From contig CAVQCZ010000005.1 of NCBI GenBank assembly GCA_963711135.1, positions 163,149-227,148 of the forward strand: a stretch of 64,000 bases of DNA, in the 5' to 3' direction. Both the position numbers and the translations under genes were made by a program. Positions within the stretch are counted from its first letter, which is position 1, and every line of letters starts with the position of its first letter. The notes under the pieces were generated by a model. That model did not search any database and had not been told where the DNA came from. It saw only the letters and a list, made by a program, of their open reading frames with translations. Shown here one piece after another: positions 18,540-27,226 of this stretch. Source of the stretch: an uncultured Actinomycetota bacterium (lineage in GTDB: Bacteria > Actinomycetota > Actinomycetes > Frankiales > Frankiaceae).

Positions 18540-19958
18540 ATGTCGCGTCGCTCAATGCAGCCGGTTCACTCGCGCAGTCGTCGACCGGTCCGCACGGTGA
18601 CGCTTCCGGCGCTGGTCGTTGCCGTCACGGTGGCGATGTTCGGTTGCGGGCGATCGGGGAGCACGCCGACGGCGGGTACTTCTTCAAGCAAGCCCGCGCC
18701 CGCGAGCAGCGCGACCACCTCGGCGGCGCCTGGTGATTTCGGCACTCTGAAAGGGGTCTGTGGCCCCGGCAATGCGAGCGGGGCGACTGCCCGTGGGGTG
18801 ACAGACACGACGATCCGGATCGGTGTGACGGCAGATCCCGGCTCCGCGGCGGCTCCGGGATTGGAGCAGGAATTCTTCGATACCGCTGAGGGTTTTTCGA
18901 AGTGGTGCAATGCCGCAGGCGGGATCGACGGGCGCAAGATCGTCGTCGACAAGCTGGACGCGAAGCTCTTCAACGTCGGCCAGGTGACGACGAAAGCCTG
19001 CCAGAGCGACTTCTTTCTGGTGGGGAACGGCAACGCGTTCGACAGCGCCGGTGTGAAGATCCGCGAGGCTTGCAAGCTCGGGCAGATCCCCGCCTACGTG
19101 GTCTCCCCGCAGGCGGTGAACGCCAGCTACCAGATCCAGCCGGCGCCCATCCCGTCCGACGAGATCAACGACGGCGCCATGCGGCTGCTGACTGCGGCCT
19201 TCCCTGACACGAAAACCGGTGGGATCGCCATAGCCAGCAGCACTTTGAGCTCGATCATCCCGACCGGCCTCAAGGCGCAGGAGTACCTCAAGGATCTCGG
19301 GATCAAGGTGGCGGTGCTGCAGAACCAGCCGGTGCAGATCGACAACTTCCGGCCCTACATCGAGCAGCTGAAAACCGCTGGTGCTAAAGGGCTTTACCAG
19401 ATCACGTCGCAGGATCCGAACCCCGTCGTGCAGGCCATGCGCAACGTCGGATACAACCTCGACTGGATCCTTTTCAGCACCCAGTTCTACGGACCGCAGG
19501 CGGTGGCGGGCGCGAAGTCGCTCGGCACGTTCCCGCCCAGCTACGTCCAGTTCCAAGCGCTGCCGTTCGATCTGGACAGCAAGTACCCGGTGCTCAAGCA
19601 GACCGAATCGATCGTCAAAGCTGCGGTGTCGAACCCGAAGCTGACCTCCTTCACCCTGTCGTCGTTCAATGCCTGGCTGCTGTTCGCCGAATCCGCAAAG
19701 GCCTGCGGGTCGAACCTGACCGTGGACTGCGTCTTGCAGAAGGCCGGGTCATACTCGGACTGGACTGGCGGCGGCCTTTACCCGAAGCAGGATCTGCGGC
19801 CGGGCCAGCAGCATGCTTCGCCCTGCATCGCGCTGGTGAAGCTGACCACCAGCGGCTTCGTCTACGACCAGCAGGCCACTGACCCGACCTCCGGCGACTT
19901 CCCGTACAACTGCGATCCGCTGAACGTGAAGAAGGTGAAGACCTACCTGACCAGCTGA
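18540..19958 (+). CDS. Type-1 periplasmic-binding-fold (Leu/Ile/Val-binding-like) solute-binding lipoprotein, orphan
   Basis: A lipobox is present (AMFGC). The stretch GVTDTTIRIGVTADPGSAAAPGLEQEFFDTAEGFSKWCNAAGGIDGRKIVVDKLDAKL is typical of this family. No ABC permease or ATPase gene is adjacent. It is paralogous to the ectodomain of the kinase at 34040..36613. Confidence 0.75.
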   Translation: MSRRSMQPVHSRSRRPVRTVTLPALVVAVTVAMFGCGRSGSTPTAGTSSSKPAPASSATTSAAPGDFGTLKGVCGPGNASGATARGVTDTTIRIGVTADPGSAAAPGLEQEFFDTAEGFSKWCNAAGGIDGRKIVVDKLDAKLFNVGQVTTKACQSDFFLVGNGNAFDSAGVKIREACKLGQIPAYVVSPQAVNASYQIQPAPIPSDEINDGAMRLLTAAFPDTKTGGIAIASSTLSSIIPTGLKAQEYLKDLGIKVAVLQNQPVQIDNFRPYIEQLKTAGAKGLYQITSQDPNPVVQAMRNVGYNLDWILFSTQFYGPQAVAGAKSLGTFPPSYVQFQALPFDLDSKYPVLKQTESIVKAAVSNPKLTSFTLSSFNAWLLFAESAKACGSNLTVDCVLQKAGSYSDWTGGGLYPKQDLRPGQQHASPCIALVKLTTSGFVYDQQATDPTSGDFPYNCDPLNVKKVKTYLTS

Positions 19959-20606
19959 GCCGCTGAACGTGCGGTGTCGGCTGCACCGCGCCGCTTTGAG
20001 CTCCGTCTCTTGGGCGAGGGCGCCGCGGACGTCGGGGCGGTGAGCATGGCGGCGGCCATATCGACGAGATTCGCGGTGAACGCATCGGCGTCCAGAGTGA
20101 GCGGCTCTCCGTCCTCGATGGCTCGTGCCCGCTCGGCGATCAGCGTCGTCGCGGCGCGCAGCATGCTCGATCAGCCTCTCGTCGCGCAGCGTTTCGGGCA
20201 GCCCACGCCGATCAAGATCCTGCCGAGCCAGATCGAATGCCTTGACGACGGCGGGCGGCTCGACTTCGCCGATCAGGTGTTGGGGCAGGATGCGCAGGTA
20301 GTCACGGCCGTCGGCGAGAAGGAGATGATCGGCCATCGGCCCGAGGATCACCGCGACGACGGCGTGCAGCGAGGCATTCGCCTTCAGCTTCGCGAGGCGC
20401 CTCGCCCGGTCGGCGTCGATGACCGCGGAGTGCCGCTCGAAGATGGCTCGCAGCAGACCTTCGCGACTACCGAAGTGATAGTGCAGCGCCGAGGCATTGC
20501 GCTGCCCGGCCAGCTCATTCAGCTCGCGCAGCCGGGTCTGCTGGATCCCTTCACGGGCGAAGAGGTGCTCCCCGGCGCGGATGAGAGCGGCTTTGGCGTC
20601 GGCCAT
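19943..20606 (-). pseudogene. TetR-family regulator interrupted by one frameshift (or an assembly indel)
   Basis: The N-terminal HTH part (MADAKAALIRAGEHLFAREGIQQTRLRELNELAGQRNASALHYHFGSREGLL...) runs in the frame of ORF 19749..20642 as far as ...RDERLIEH. The natural continuation (MLRAATTLIAERARAIEDGEPLTLDADAFTANLVDMAAAML...) lies in the frame of ORF 19943..20164. The switch is near 20160-20166. Confidence 0.65.
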
Positions 20607-20655
20607 GGAAGCGATCGTAGTGACTCGATTAATCGAATGCATTAGAGTTCGGGAC

Positions 20656-21528
20656 GTGACGACTTCACTGGCGCCTGAGGCGCATACGGCAAGTCAGCTC
20701 AGCGTGCGGCGGATCGCCGGGGCGCTCGGTGCCGAGATCCGCGGCGTTCGCCTGGCAGACCTGGACGATGCCGGCTTCGAGCAGGTGCGCAAGGAGCTCA
20801 TCGCGCACAAGGTGATCTTCCTGCCCGAGCAGTTCCTCACGCCTGACGCGCACCGCGCCTTCGCGGCGCGGCTCGGCGAGATCGAGATCCATCCGTACTT
20901 GCCGAAGCTGGATGACGAGCACCAGGAAATCGTCCTGCTGCGCAGCGGCAGCGGGTACATCGCCGACGTCTGGCACACCGACGTCACGTTCGCCGCGTCA
21001 CCCCCGAAGTTCTCGGTGCTCAACATGCTCGAGCCGGCCCCGTACGGCGGCGACACCATGTGGACCAATCAAGCGCTTGTCTACGCCAGCCTTTCGACCC
21101 CGATGAAGGAGCTGCTGCTCGGCTTGACGGCGCTGCACAGCGCCCGCAAGTTCGGCGATCCCGAGACGAAGGCCGAGCACCCGGTCGTGCGGCTCCATCC
21201 CGAAACGGGGGAGCCGTCGCTCTTCGTGAACCGCCAGTTCACCGAGCGCATCGTGGAGCTCAGCAAGGGCGAGAGCGACAGCCTGCTGGCATACCTCTAC
21301 AGCTTCAGCGAGCAGCCGCAATTCACCTGCCGCTACAGCTGGACAGCCGGCGCGATCGGCATCTGGGACAACCGCGTCACCCAGCACTACGTCGTCAACG
21401 ACTTCGAGGGCGAGCGCACGATCAGCCGCGCCACCGTCATAGGCGATGACCCCGAGCCGGCCGGCGACATCTCACGCTGGAGCCCGCATGTCATCGGGCG
21501 CACTTCCGCGGCGGCGCACGAAAGCTGA
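20656..21528 (+). CDS. TauD/TfdA-family Fe(II)/2-oxoglutarate dioxygenase
   Basis: The WHTDVTF (HxD) motif is present, along with ...GIWDNRVTQHY.... The gene is divergent from the TetR gene. I start it at the GTG at 20656, because the track ORF upstream of that point overlaps TetR and is Arg/Ser-rich. Confidence 0.85.
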   Translation: MTTSLAPEAHTASQLSVRRIAGALGAEIRGVRLADLDDAGFEQVRKELIAHKVIFLPEQFLTPDAHRAFAARLGEIEIHPYLPKLDDEHQEIVLLRSGSGYIADVWHTDVTFAASPPKFSVLNMLEPAPYGGDTMWTNQALVYASLSTPMKELLLGLTALHSARKFGDPETKAEHPVVRLHPETGEPSLFVNRQFTERIVELSKGESDSLLAYLYSFSEQPQFTCRYSWTAGAIGIWDNRVTQHYVVNDFEGERTISRATVIGDDPEPAGDISRWSPHVIGRTSAAAHES

Positions 21529-21547
21529 GCCGCACCCTTTTGCCGGC

Positions 21548-21730
21548 TCAGATGCCTTCGTCCCGATTCTCTGCGGACCCGCAGCGGCATTCCGTCAAGG
21601 CCTCTGCGCACTCGTCACAGCGGTCGACGCCGTCCGCGATGTCGTTGTCATCGGAATCAAGGTTTTGCGTCTCGGGAACGACTTCTTCCAGAAGTAGTGC
21701 GAGATCGACCGGATCGATGGGAGGGAACAT
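21548..21730 (-). CDS. 60-aa acidic Cys-motif protein, copy 2 (intact module)
   Basis: The sequence is MFPPIDPVDLALLLEEVVPETQNLDSDDNDIADGVDRCDECAEALTECRCG.... It lies 16 nt downstream of the zinc-ribbon gene. Confidence 0.55.
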   Translation of the reverse strand: MFPPIDPVDLALLLEEVVPETQNLDSDDNDIADGVDRCDECAEALTECRCGSAENRDEGI

Positions 21731-21746
21731 CTGCCCTTCTCCTTGG

Positions 21747-22181
21747 CTAGCGGCGCTTGCCCAATCCGGGTAGCCCTCCGTTGACGAGCCGCGGCTGGGG
21801 CACCCGGCAGTCGGGGCAGACCTGCTTTCCCGGCACAGCTTCTTTCCGGTTGAACGCCCGGCCGCACCGGTGGCAGGTCACCCTCGCCCAGCGTTTGTGG
21901 CAGGCCGGGCACCGGGGCGTGCCGGATTCGGTGTTCAGCCTGACGTTGGCACTCGACTGGTGGCAGTCGGCGCACTCGTCGGCGATGGTTCGAAGCGCGC
22001 GCAGGGCGTGCAGGCGCCGCATCCTCGCTCGGGTTCGAGGATTGGGCAGCTGGTCGATCAGCTGCGCAGCTTCAGCGAGCTTGAGCCGAGCGGACCCGGA
22101 GCTGGCATCTGCGATGTCTTTTTCCGCGGCGATGAGTAGACCAAGGATCCGGCGGTCGTCTTCGCGCACGACAGTGCTCAT
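21747..22181 (-). CDS. 144-aa double zinc-ribbon protein (four CxxC pairs), unknown family
   Basis: The cysteine pattern is ...CADCHQ...CPACHKRWARVTCHRCGRAF...CPDCRVPQPRLVNGGLPGLGKRR. This is the intact reference copy for the remnants at 6032..6217 and 25026..25173. Confidence 0.6.
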   Translation of the reverse strand: MSTVVREDDRRILGLLIAAEKDIADASSGSARLKLAEAAQLIDQLPNPRTRARMRRLHALRALRTIADECADCHQSSANVRLNTESGTPRCPACHKRWARVTCHRCGRAFNRKEAVPGKQVCPDCRVPQPRLVNGGLPGLGKRR

Positions 22182-22244
22182 CGGCTACCCGTTGGGGCGG
22201 GTTGAATTCGGCGGTCTCTGGGTTGACGGTGCTTATGGGCGCTG
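22095..22244. repeat. Left copy of a roughly 150-bp direct repeat (5' end plus upstream region of the zinc-ribbon gene)
   Basis: It aligns by eye to 25026-25173 at about 93% identity (ggagctggc..gcgatgtc.ttttccgcggcgatgagtagaccaaggatccggcggtcgtcttcgcgcac...gggttgaattcggcggtctctgggttgacggtgc). Confidence 0.85.
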
Positions 22245-22541
22245 GGGCGCGTCGTGTCGCCGTGAGCAATCCCAGTTGATGGCCACCCTCCGAGGAGGAA
22301 CTCCGCCGTTGGTGCGCTGGATATCACGCCGCTTGCTGCCACGTCTCGTCCTTGGGCGACCGGTGTGATGTGAAATGCGTGGCAAACGTTTGGAAACGTG
22401 GCTGGGAGCAAGAAATGGTCGGCTTCATACCCGGAAAAGTCGTGAAACTCGAACGTCGGAGCCGGGCGTGCGAGAGACTTCCTCGAGTCGAGGCCGGCGC
22501 AGAGGCTGGTCACCAAGGAGGAGGAGATTCCGCTGAAGCGC

Positions 22542-24962
22542 TTGCGTGCAAGGATCCGGGTAGCGCTCTCGCTTTTCGCAGGACTGACCCTTCTCGGTTC
22601 GCTCGCGGCCGTCGCGCCCGCGGCCGCGGCCGGTTCGTCGCCTTTCAAGATTTTGGTACTGGGTGATTCTTACTCCGCGGGCAATGGCGCTGGCGCCTAC
22701 TATGGTCCCGCCGGATGCTGGAGATCACACCGGGATTATGCCGAAGACCTGGCAAATATGGCGCGTAAGGCGCCGCACAATATGACTGTTGACGTCAAGA
22801 ATGTCGCCTGCAGTGGTGCAGTGACTGCTGATATCTTCAATAAAGAGAGTGGGCGTCCGGCAGAGTTAAACGCGGTGGACAAGTCCTACAACCTGATCCT
22901 GCTGACCATCGGCGGTAACGACGCCTACTTCGCGGATATAGTGCGGTACTGCCTGATCGCCACGACTCGAGACGGTGCCAATTGCAACCAAAATTTGGCG
23001 CGGGCGGAGTCACTGATCAACTCGGGGACTATCCAGCAACGGGTAACCAAGGTCTTGAAGGCGGTCTTGCAGCACGCCAGCCCTAGCGCCAACGTCGTGC
23101 TCTTGGGGTATCCGATCCTGGAAGGCGACACTTCCTACACCCTCCGATCTGGGCATGGAGGGCCCATCATTCAGGTCGGGCGACGCCTTCATGCGATCAG
23201 CTTGGCGGGTGAAAAGTCGCAGAGCGCCGCGGTGCAAGCCGCAAATGGGTCCTCGGGACACCGGGCGCGCTTCATCAGCGTTCAAGCGCTCTTCAACGGC
23301 CCTCCGTACCACGGCCTGTACGCCAAGAAGAACAACCCACACCGCTGGATGGTCCAGCCATGGATTGACGCGACATTCGCGAGCAAGGAAACCTTTTACC
23401 ATCCAAATCCCACAGGATGGAGCAAAGAAGCAACCTTGCTGTGGAGCGACGGCGTCATCTCCGGAAACGGTCCGTCGCCGCCGATCATCACGACCACCGC
23501 TCTGCCGGCGGCGGCGCAGGATCAGCCGTACACCACCGAGTTGACTACGTCTGACCACCGCGCCGGCAGCTGGAAGGTCACCACCGGAAGCCTGCCTCCT
23601 GGCCTGTCTTTGACCGGGTTCACGATCTCCGGTATCCCGACGACGCCAGGAAACTTCCCGATCACGCTGCAATTCACTGACACCGCCAAGCAGACCGCCT
23701 CTGTGGTTACCGCGATCAGTGTCGTCGGCACCTCCCCGGCGCCTGCCGGCGACGTCTATGCATGGGGCACCAATCCTTGTGGAGGCCTCGGGGATGGCAC
23801 GGCAACGAACTCCTTCACGCCGGAGAACGTCGCGAACCTCAACGGGATGAAGGAGATCTCCGTCGCTTACACGGACTTCCGCAGTGGCACCACCTGGGAG
23901 GTCTACGGGCTCAGAAGCGACGGAACGGTTTGGGGTTGGGGAACCTGCGGCGTAAAGGTCGATTCTCTCAGCCCAGTGCAGATCCCCGGGCTTGAGCACA
24001 TCGCCGATCTCCAGGTCAGTGCTGGACCCACGAATTATGCGCTCGCGTCAGACGGAACCGTGTGGGCTTGGGGCTTCAATGACGGAGGTGGCTTCGGCAA
24101 TGGCGCGCCGCTCGACGCTCAAGCGACCACAGCCTTCCAGATTCCCGGCCTGGCGCATGTCACTCAGCTGCTGGGCCTTGGAGAGGGCGGCTATGCCGTC
24201 GAATCCGACGGATCCGTATGGGGATGGGGGACTGTCGACGTGGGTGCCCCCGCGGATCCGGGCACGGGGGCGCTCCCTATCCAGAGCACTCCTATCCGGG
24301 TATCCGGGCTGTCCGGGGTGAGAAGCCTTTCTCTATACGACCAGGGTGCCAACTACGCGCTCAAGACCGACGGCACGCTCTGGGCCTGGGGCGACAACAC
24401 TTGGGGCGAGTTGGGTACCGGCAGCTCGAATACCAGCGACTCGGCGCCGATCTCCAATCCGGTGCAAGTCACGGGGCTCCACGACGTAGTCGCTGTCAAA
24501 CACGGAATCCAGGAGAACTACGCCTTTGAAAGCGATGGGAGTCTCTGGGTCTGGGGAACGATCCGTCAGGCCGGAGACGACGGAATAGCGGCTCCCTTGC
24601 TCTACCAGCCCACCAGAGTCCCGTCTGTTCCCGCAGTCGCGGCCTTCGACAAATATCCCCTGCAGGCCCAGGTCGTCCTCACGCGTAGCGGGCAGGTTTG
24701 GGAGCTCGGGACCGCGTTTGGTCAAGTGACCGGGCTGCCCAGCGTAACGTCCGTGACCTGCTGGAACGGTTGCTATGCGGTCGCGCAAGACGGATCCGTC
24801 TGGGCATGGGGATTGAACTACAGCTCCTGGTACCCACTCACCACGCAGCTGCCAGCGGACACGTACGACAGCCCGACCAAACTGGACGCCTTGTCCAACG
24901 TCGTGGACGTCTTTTCCGAAGGCAGGAACGTCTATGTCGTCACTGGCTCACCTACGGGGTAG
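22542..24962 (+). CDS. Secreted SGNH/GDSL hydrolase, He_PIG Ig domain and RCC1-repeat propeller protein
   Basis: A signal peptide is present. The GDSL block is FKILVLGDSYSAGNG. An Ig-like segment (LPPGLSLTGFTISGIPTTPG) follows. About seven RCC1-like repeats are visible (VYAWGTNPCGGLGDG, VWAWGFNDGGGFGNG, LWAWGDNTWGELGTG, and others). Confidence 0.85.
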   Translation: MRARIRVALSLFAGLTLLGSLAAVAPAAAAGSSPFKILVLGDSYSAGNGAGAYYGPAGCWRSHRDYAEDLANMARKAPHNMTVDVKNVACSGAVTADIFNKESGRPAELNAVDKSYNLILLTIGGNDAYFADIVRYCLIATTRDGANCNQNLARAESLINSGTIQQRVTKVLKAVLQHASPSANVVLLGYPILEGDTSYTLRSGHGGPIIQVGRRLHAISLAGEKSQSAAVQAANGSSGHRARFISVQALFNGPPYHGLYAKKNNPHRWMVQPWIDATFASKETFYHPNPTGWSKEATLLWSDGVISGNGPSPPIITTTALPAAAQDQPYTTELTTSDHRAGSWKVTTGSLPPGLSLTGFTISGIPTTPGNFPITLQFTDTAKQTASVVTAISVVGTSPAPAGDVYAWGTNPCGGLGDGTATNSFTPENVANLNGMKEISVAYTDFRSGTTWEVYGLRSDGTVWGWGTCGVKVDSLSPVQIPGLEHIADLQVSAGPTNYALASDGTVWAWGFNDGGGFGNGAPLDAQATTAFQIPGLAHVTQLLGLGEGGYAVESDGSVWGWGTVDVGAPADPGTGALPIQSTPIRVSGLSGVRSLSLYDQGANYALKTDGTLWAWGDNTWGELGTGSSNTSDSAPISNPVQVTGLHDVVAVKHGIQENYAFESDGSLWVWGTIRQAGDDGIAAPLLYQPTRVPSVPAVAAFDKYPLQAQVVLTRSGQVWELGTAFGQVTGLPSVTSVTCWNGCYAVAQDGSVWAWGLNYSSWYPLTTQLPADTYDSPTKLDALSNVVDVFSEGRNVYVVTGSPTG

Positions 24963-25025
24963 GCAAGGGCAAAGCGTTTTCGGCGACCGCCGGTGACTTG
25001 CGCACCCAAGCCGCCCGCGCCGGCG

Positions 25026-25173
25026 CCCGGAGCTGGCGGCTGCGATGTCCTTTTCCGCGGCGATGAGTAGACCAAGGATCCGGCGGTCGTCTTCGCGCAC
25101 AAAGTGCTCATCGGCGACCCGTTGCGGCGGGTTGAATTCGGCGGTCTCTGGGTTGACGGTGCATATGGCGCTC
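25026..25173 (-). pseudogene. Right copy of the direct repeat: a truncated, frameshifted 5' remnant of a third zinc-ribbon gene copy
   Basis: It encodes ..VREDDRRILGLLIAAEKDIAAASSG.. (copy 2 reads MSTVVREDDRRILGLLIAAEKDIADASSG). A 1-nt deletion sits just after the ATG. Homology ends after about 25 codons. Confidence 0.7.
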
Positions 25174-25238
25174 AACAGCGCGCGCCCGTGTGCCGACATT
25201 GTCGGTTATGCCGGTGATCAAGCGCGGGACCTATTCCA

Positions 25239-25742
25239 TTGTCGGGGTCGCCGGACCGCATGGCTGGGACCGGATGCGGGCGACTCGGAAAGCCAGCGCC
25301 CAGAGCCGTGCCGCCAGCCCGCCTCCGGCTCGGAAAGTGCTCGGCGGCCAGCGGGCATACGCGGCAGCAACCGGGCCATGCGCGAACTACGGCGGCGCCG
25401 GCCATCCGAGTACGAAAGGCGCCGCCTGCGCCTCGCGTGCGGCCGGCCGTCGCTCCCGTACCCGTCTGGGTCCTACCGGACGACACCGCAAAGGTCGACC
25501 CGAAGATCTGGCATACCGCGTGCGACACGCGAGCAGTCGCCCGGGACCTTTACGCGCTTGAAGACCGTTCGCAGATGCTGATCCTGCTCCAGGAGACCGA
25601 TCGATGGTTCGCCGACCGGCTTGCGCCGGTGAGCCGCGTCGTGAAACTCGCCGCGGAGATCACTGCCTTTGCCGAGTGGGCTGGTCTCGATTACCGGCTG
25701 CTCGAGATGCTCGAGATGCAAGCCGGCGCGGATGGAACCTGA
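25239..25742 (+). CDS. Doubtful ORF; only the C-terminal roughly 90 codons look coding
   Basis: The upstream two-thirds are Arg/Pro/Ala-rich. The distal part (LPDDTAKVDPKIWHTACDTRAVARDLYALEDRSQMLILLQETDRWFADRL...) looks protein-like but has no nearby start codon. It may be a gene remnant. Confidence 0.25.
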   Translation: MSGSPDRMAGTGCGRLGKPAPRAVPPARLRLGKCSAASGHTRQQPGHARTTAAPAIRVRKAPPAPRVRPAVAPVPVWVLPDDTAKVDPKIWHTACDTRAVARDLYALEDRSQMLILLQETDRWFADRLAPVSRVVKLAAEITAFAEWAGLDYRLLEMLEMQAGADGT

Positions 25743-26206
25743 CGTGTTGATGTGGACGATCGGTCTGCGGAGATTTTAAGAGTGGCTGCAATCGTCGTTC
25801 CACCGTCACCGTCGCCTTCGCCTTCACCTTCGCCTTCACCTTCGCCGAAACTCACGGTGAAGTTGCCGCTGGCGACCATGTAATTGCCGACCTCGTCGAC
25901 GGCTGCGACGGTGGCGCCGAATCAGAGCCAGCGAGCTACATCTTCACGACCCGCCCTCTGGGGCACCCGTTCAGCTTTGGCTGCGAGCGTGTTCGATTGG
26001 GTCTGCCCAGACCCGTTCGACTTCCTGTACACGAACTGCAAGGCCACCGACTCTGAGCGGATGCGGATGGTCATCGACAACGCCTACGGGCGTCGGCTCA
26101 GCTACGAGCCACTCATCGGCGAGATGTGAGGGGACAGTCGAGGATCTTGGCCCTACGCTGGGTATTTAGGCGCGGTTATGTCTGACGTCAGGTCTATCGT
26201 GGACGC

Positions 26207-26746
26207 ATGACCAAGTACTCGGCAGCAGACGTGGCGGCCGAACTTCGCCGTGAACTTCCCGGTCTGGGCGAAGTGAAGCTGCAGAAGCTCCTGTACTACG
26301 TCCAGGGCCGCCACCTGCAGGTATACGGCGCTCCGGCGTTCGCTGATGAGATTGTCGCGTTCGATATGGGTCCGGTGGTGGCGAGTGTCTGGCGGCAACG
26401 AAACGAACCGCCCACGGGGCTGCCGATCGACGATGATTCGCTACTGCTCAGCATCGGATACGTCGTCAGCAAGTATGGACAGCTCTACGGCACTGCACTG
26501 ATCGATCGAACTCACCACGAGCGCCCATGGCGGGCGGCAGACGCCGAGCGTCGTCGTCTGGGGGCACGTTCGGCCCCAATTTCGATCGAGGTCATGCGGG
26601 AGTTTTTCATCGGGGAAGCAAGGGCCGAGCGAAAGATACCCATCGAGCTTTTTGAGCGGACGCGGTCTCTGCGCCTGGACCCTTTGCCGCCGCCAAACCC
26701 CGTCGATCCCGACAAACTGCTGAGCCGAGTTGACCAGGTCGTCTGA
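26207..26746 (+). CDS. Panacea/DUF4065 (SocA-like) domain protein, candidate PanA-type antitoxin
   Basis: The stretch VKLQKLLYYVQGRHLQVYGAPAFADEIVAFDMGPVVASVW matches the remembered DUF4065 core (KLQKLLYY.QG......PLF...I.A...GPV...). Confidence 0.7.
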   Translation: MTKYSAADVAAELRRELPGLGEVKLQKLLYYVQGRHLQVYGAPAFADEIVAFDMGPVVASVWRQRNEPPTGLPIDDDSLLLSIGYVVSKYGQLYGTALIDRTHHERPWRAADAERRRLGARSAPISIEVMREFFIGEARAERKIPIELFERTRSLRLDPLPPPNPVDPDKLLSRVDQVV

Positions 26747-27032
26747 ACCCTGGCGATTAGACGATCCCTCGGAGAAGCTAGATCGTTGGATAGCTGAGGA
26801 CGAACCGAGCGACGAACTACGCCGAGCCATCATCGTGTGGCTAGTGAGTTTCGATGATCCATACGTCGGCGAGCCTGACCCAGAGAATCCCGTTGCGTGG
26901 GGCGCTGTTGCGATGAAGCTGCCACCTAACGTGCAGATTCCCGACCAATGTGTCTATGTCGCTTACCGGGTGAGCGCCATAGAACGGCGCATTTTCATCG
27001 ACGGGATCAGCACCTTGCCATGGCCCGTCTAG
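26730..27032 (+). CDS. Candidate cognate toxin of the Panacea protein, family not recognised
   Basis: This is a 100-aa ORF with a TTG start that overlaps the PanA-like gene by 17 nt. Its C-terminus (VYVAYRVSAIERRIFIDGI) is faintly RelE/ParE-like. Confidence 0.4.
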   Translation: MTRSSEPWRLDDPSEKLDRWIAEDEPSDELRRAIIVWLVSFDDPYVGEPDPENPVAWGAVAMKLPPNVQIPDQCVYVAYRVSAIERRIFIDGISTLPWPV

Positions 27033-27226
27033 CGCCCCGGTGGACCGGACGGGAAACGAACCCGCAAGCCAACCGTCCAAGGGTCGGCAGCGCACCAGCG
27101 CCCAGCCCAGGGACGCGGCGCGTCAGCATGACTTCGCCGAGCGTCCCTACTCTGAGTCTGTGGCCGACAAGGGTGAGCCGTCGAACGAATTACGCGAGCC
27201 TGGCGAACGTCAAAGACAAGCCCGTG

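Noticed and set aside
18684-19556. 290-aa minus-strand ORF
   Set aside because: It is antisense to the solute-binding protein gene.
23010-23999. 329-aa minus-strand ORF
   Set aside because: It is antisense to the SGNH-RCC1 gene, whose frame carries the GDSL and RCC1 motifs.
25691-25879. 62-aa ORF encoding GEGEGEGEGEGDGDGG
   Set aside because: It is a product of a short ccttcg/ccttca microsatellite (about 25806-25850). I see no start context or partner, so I treat it as a simple repeat only.
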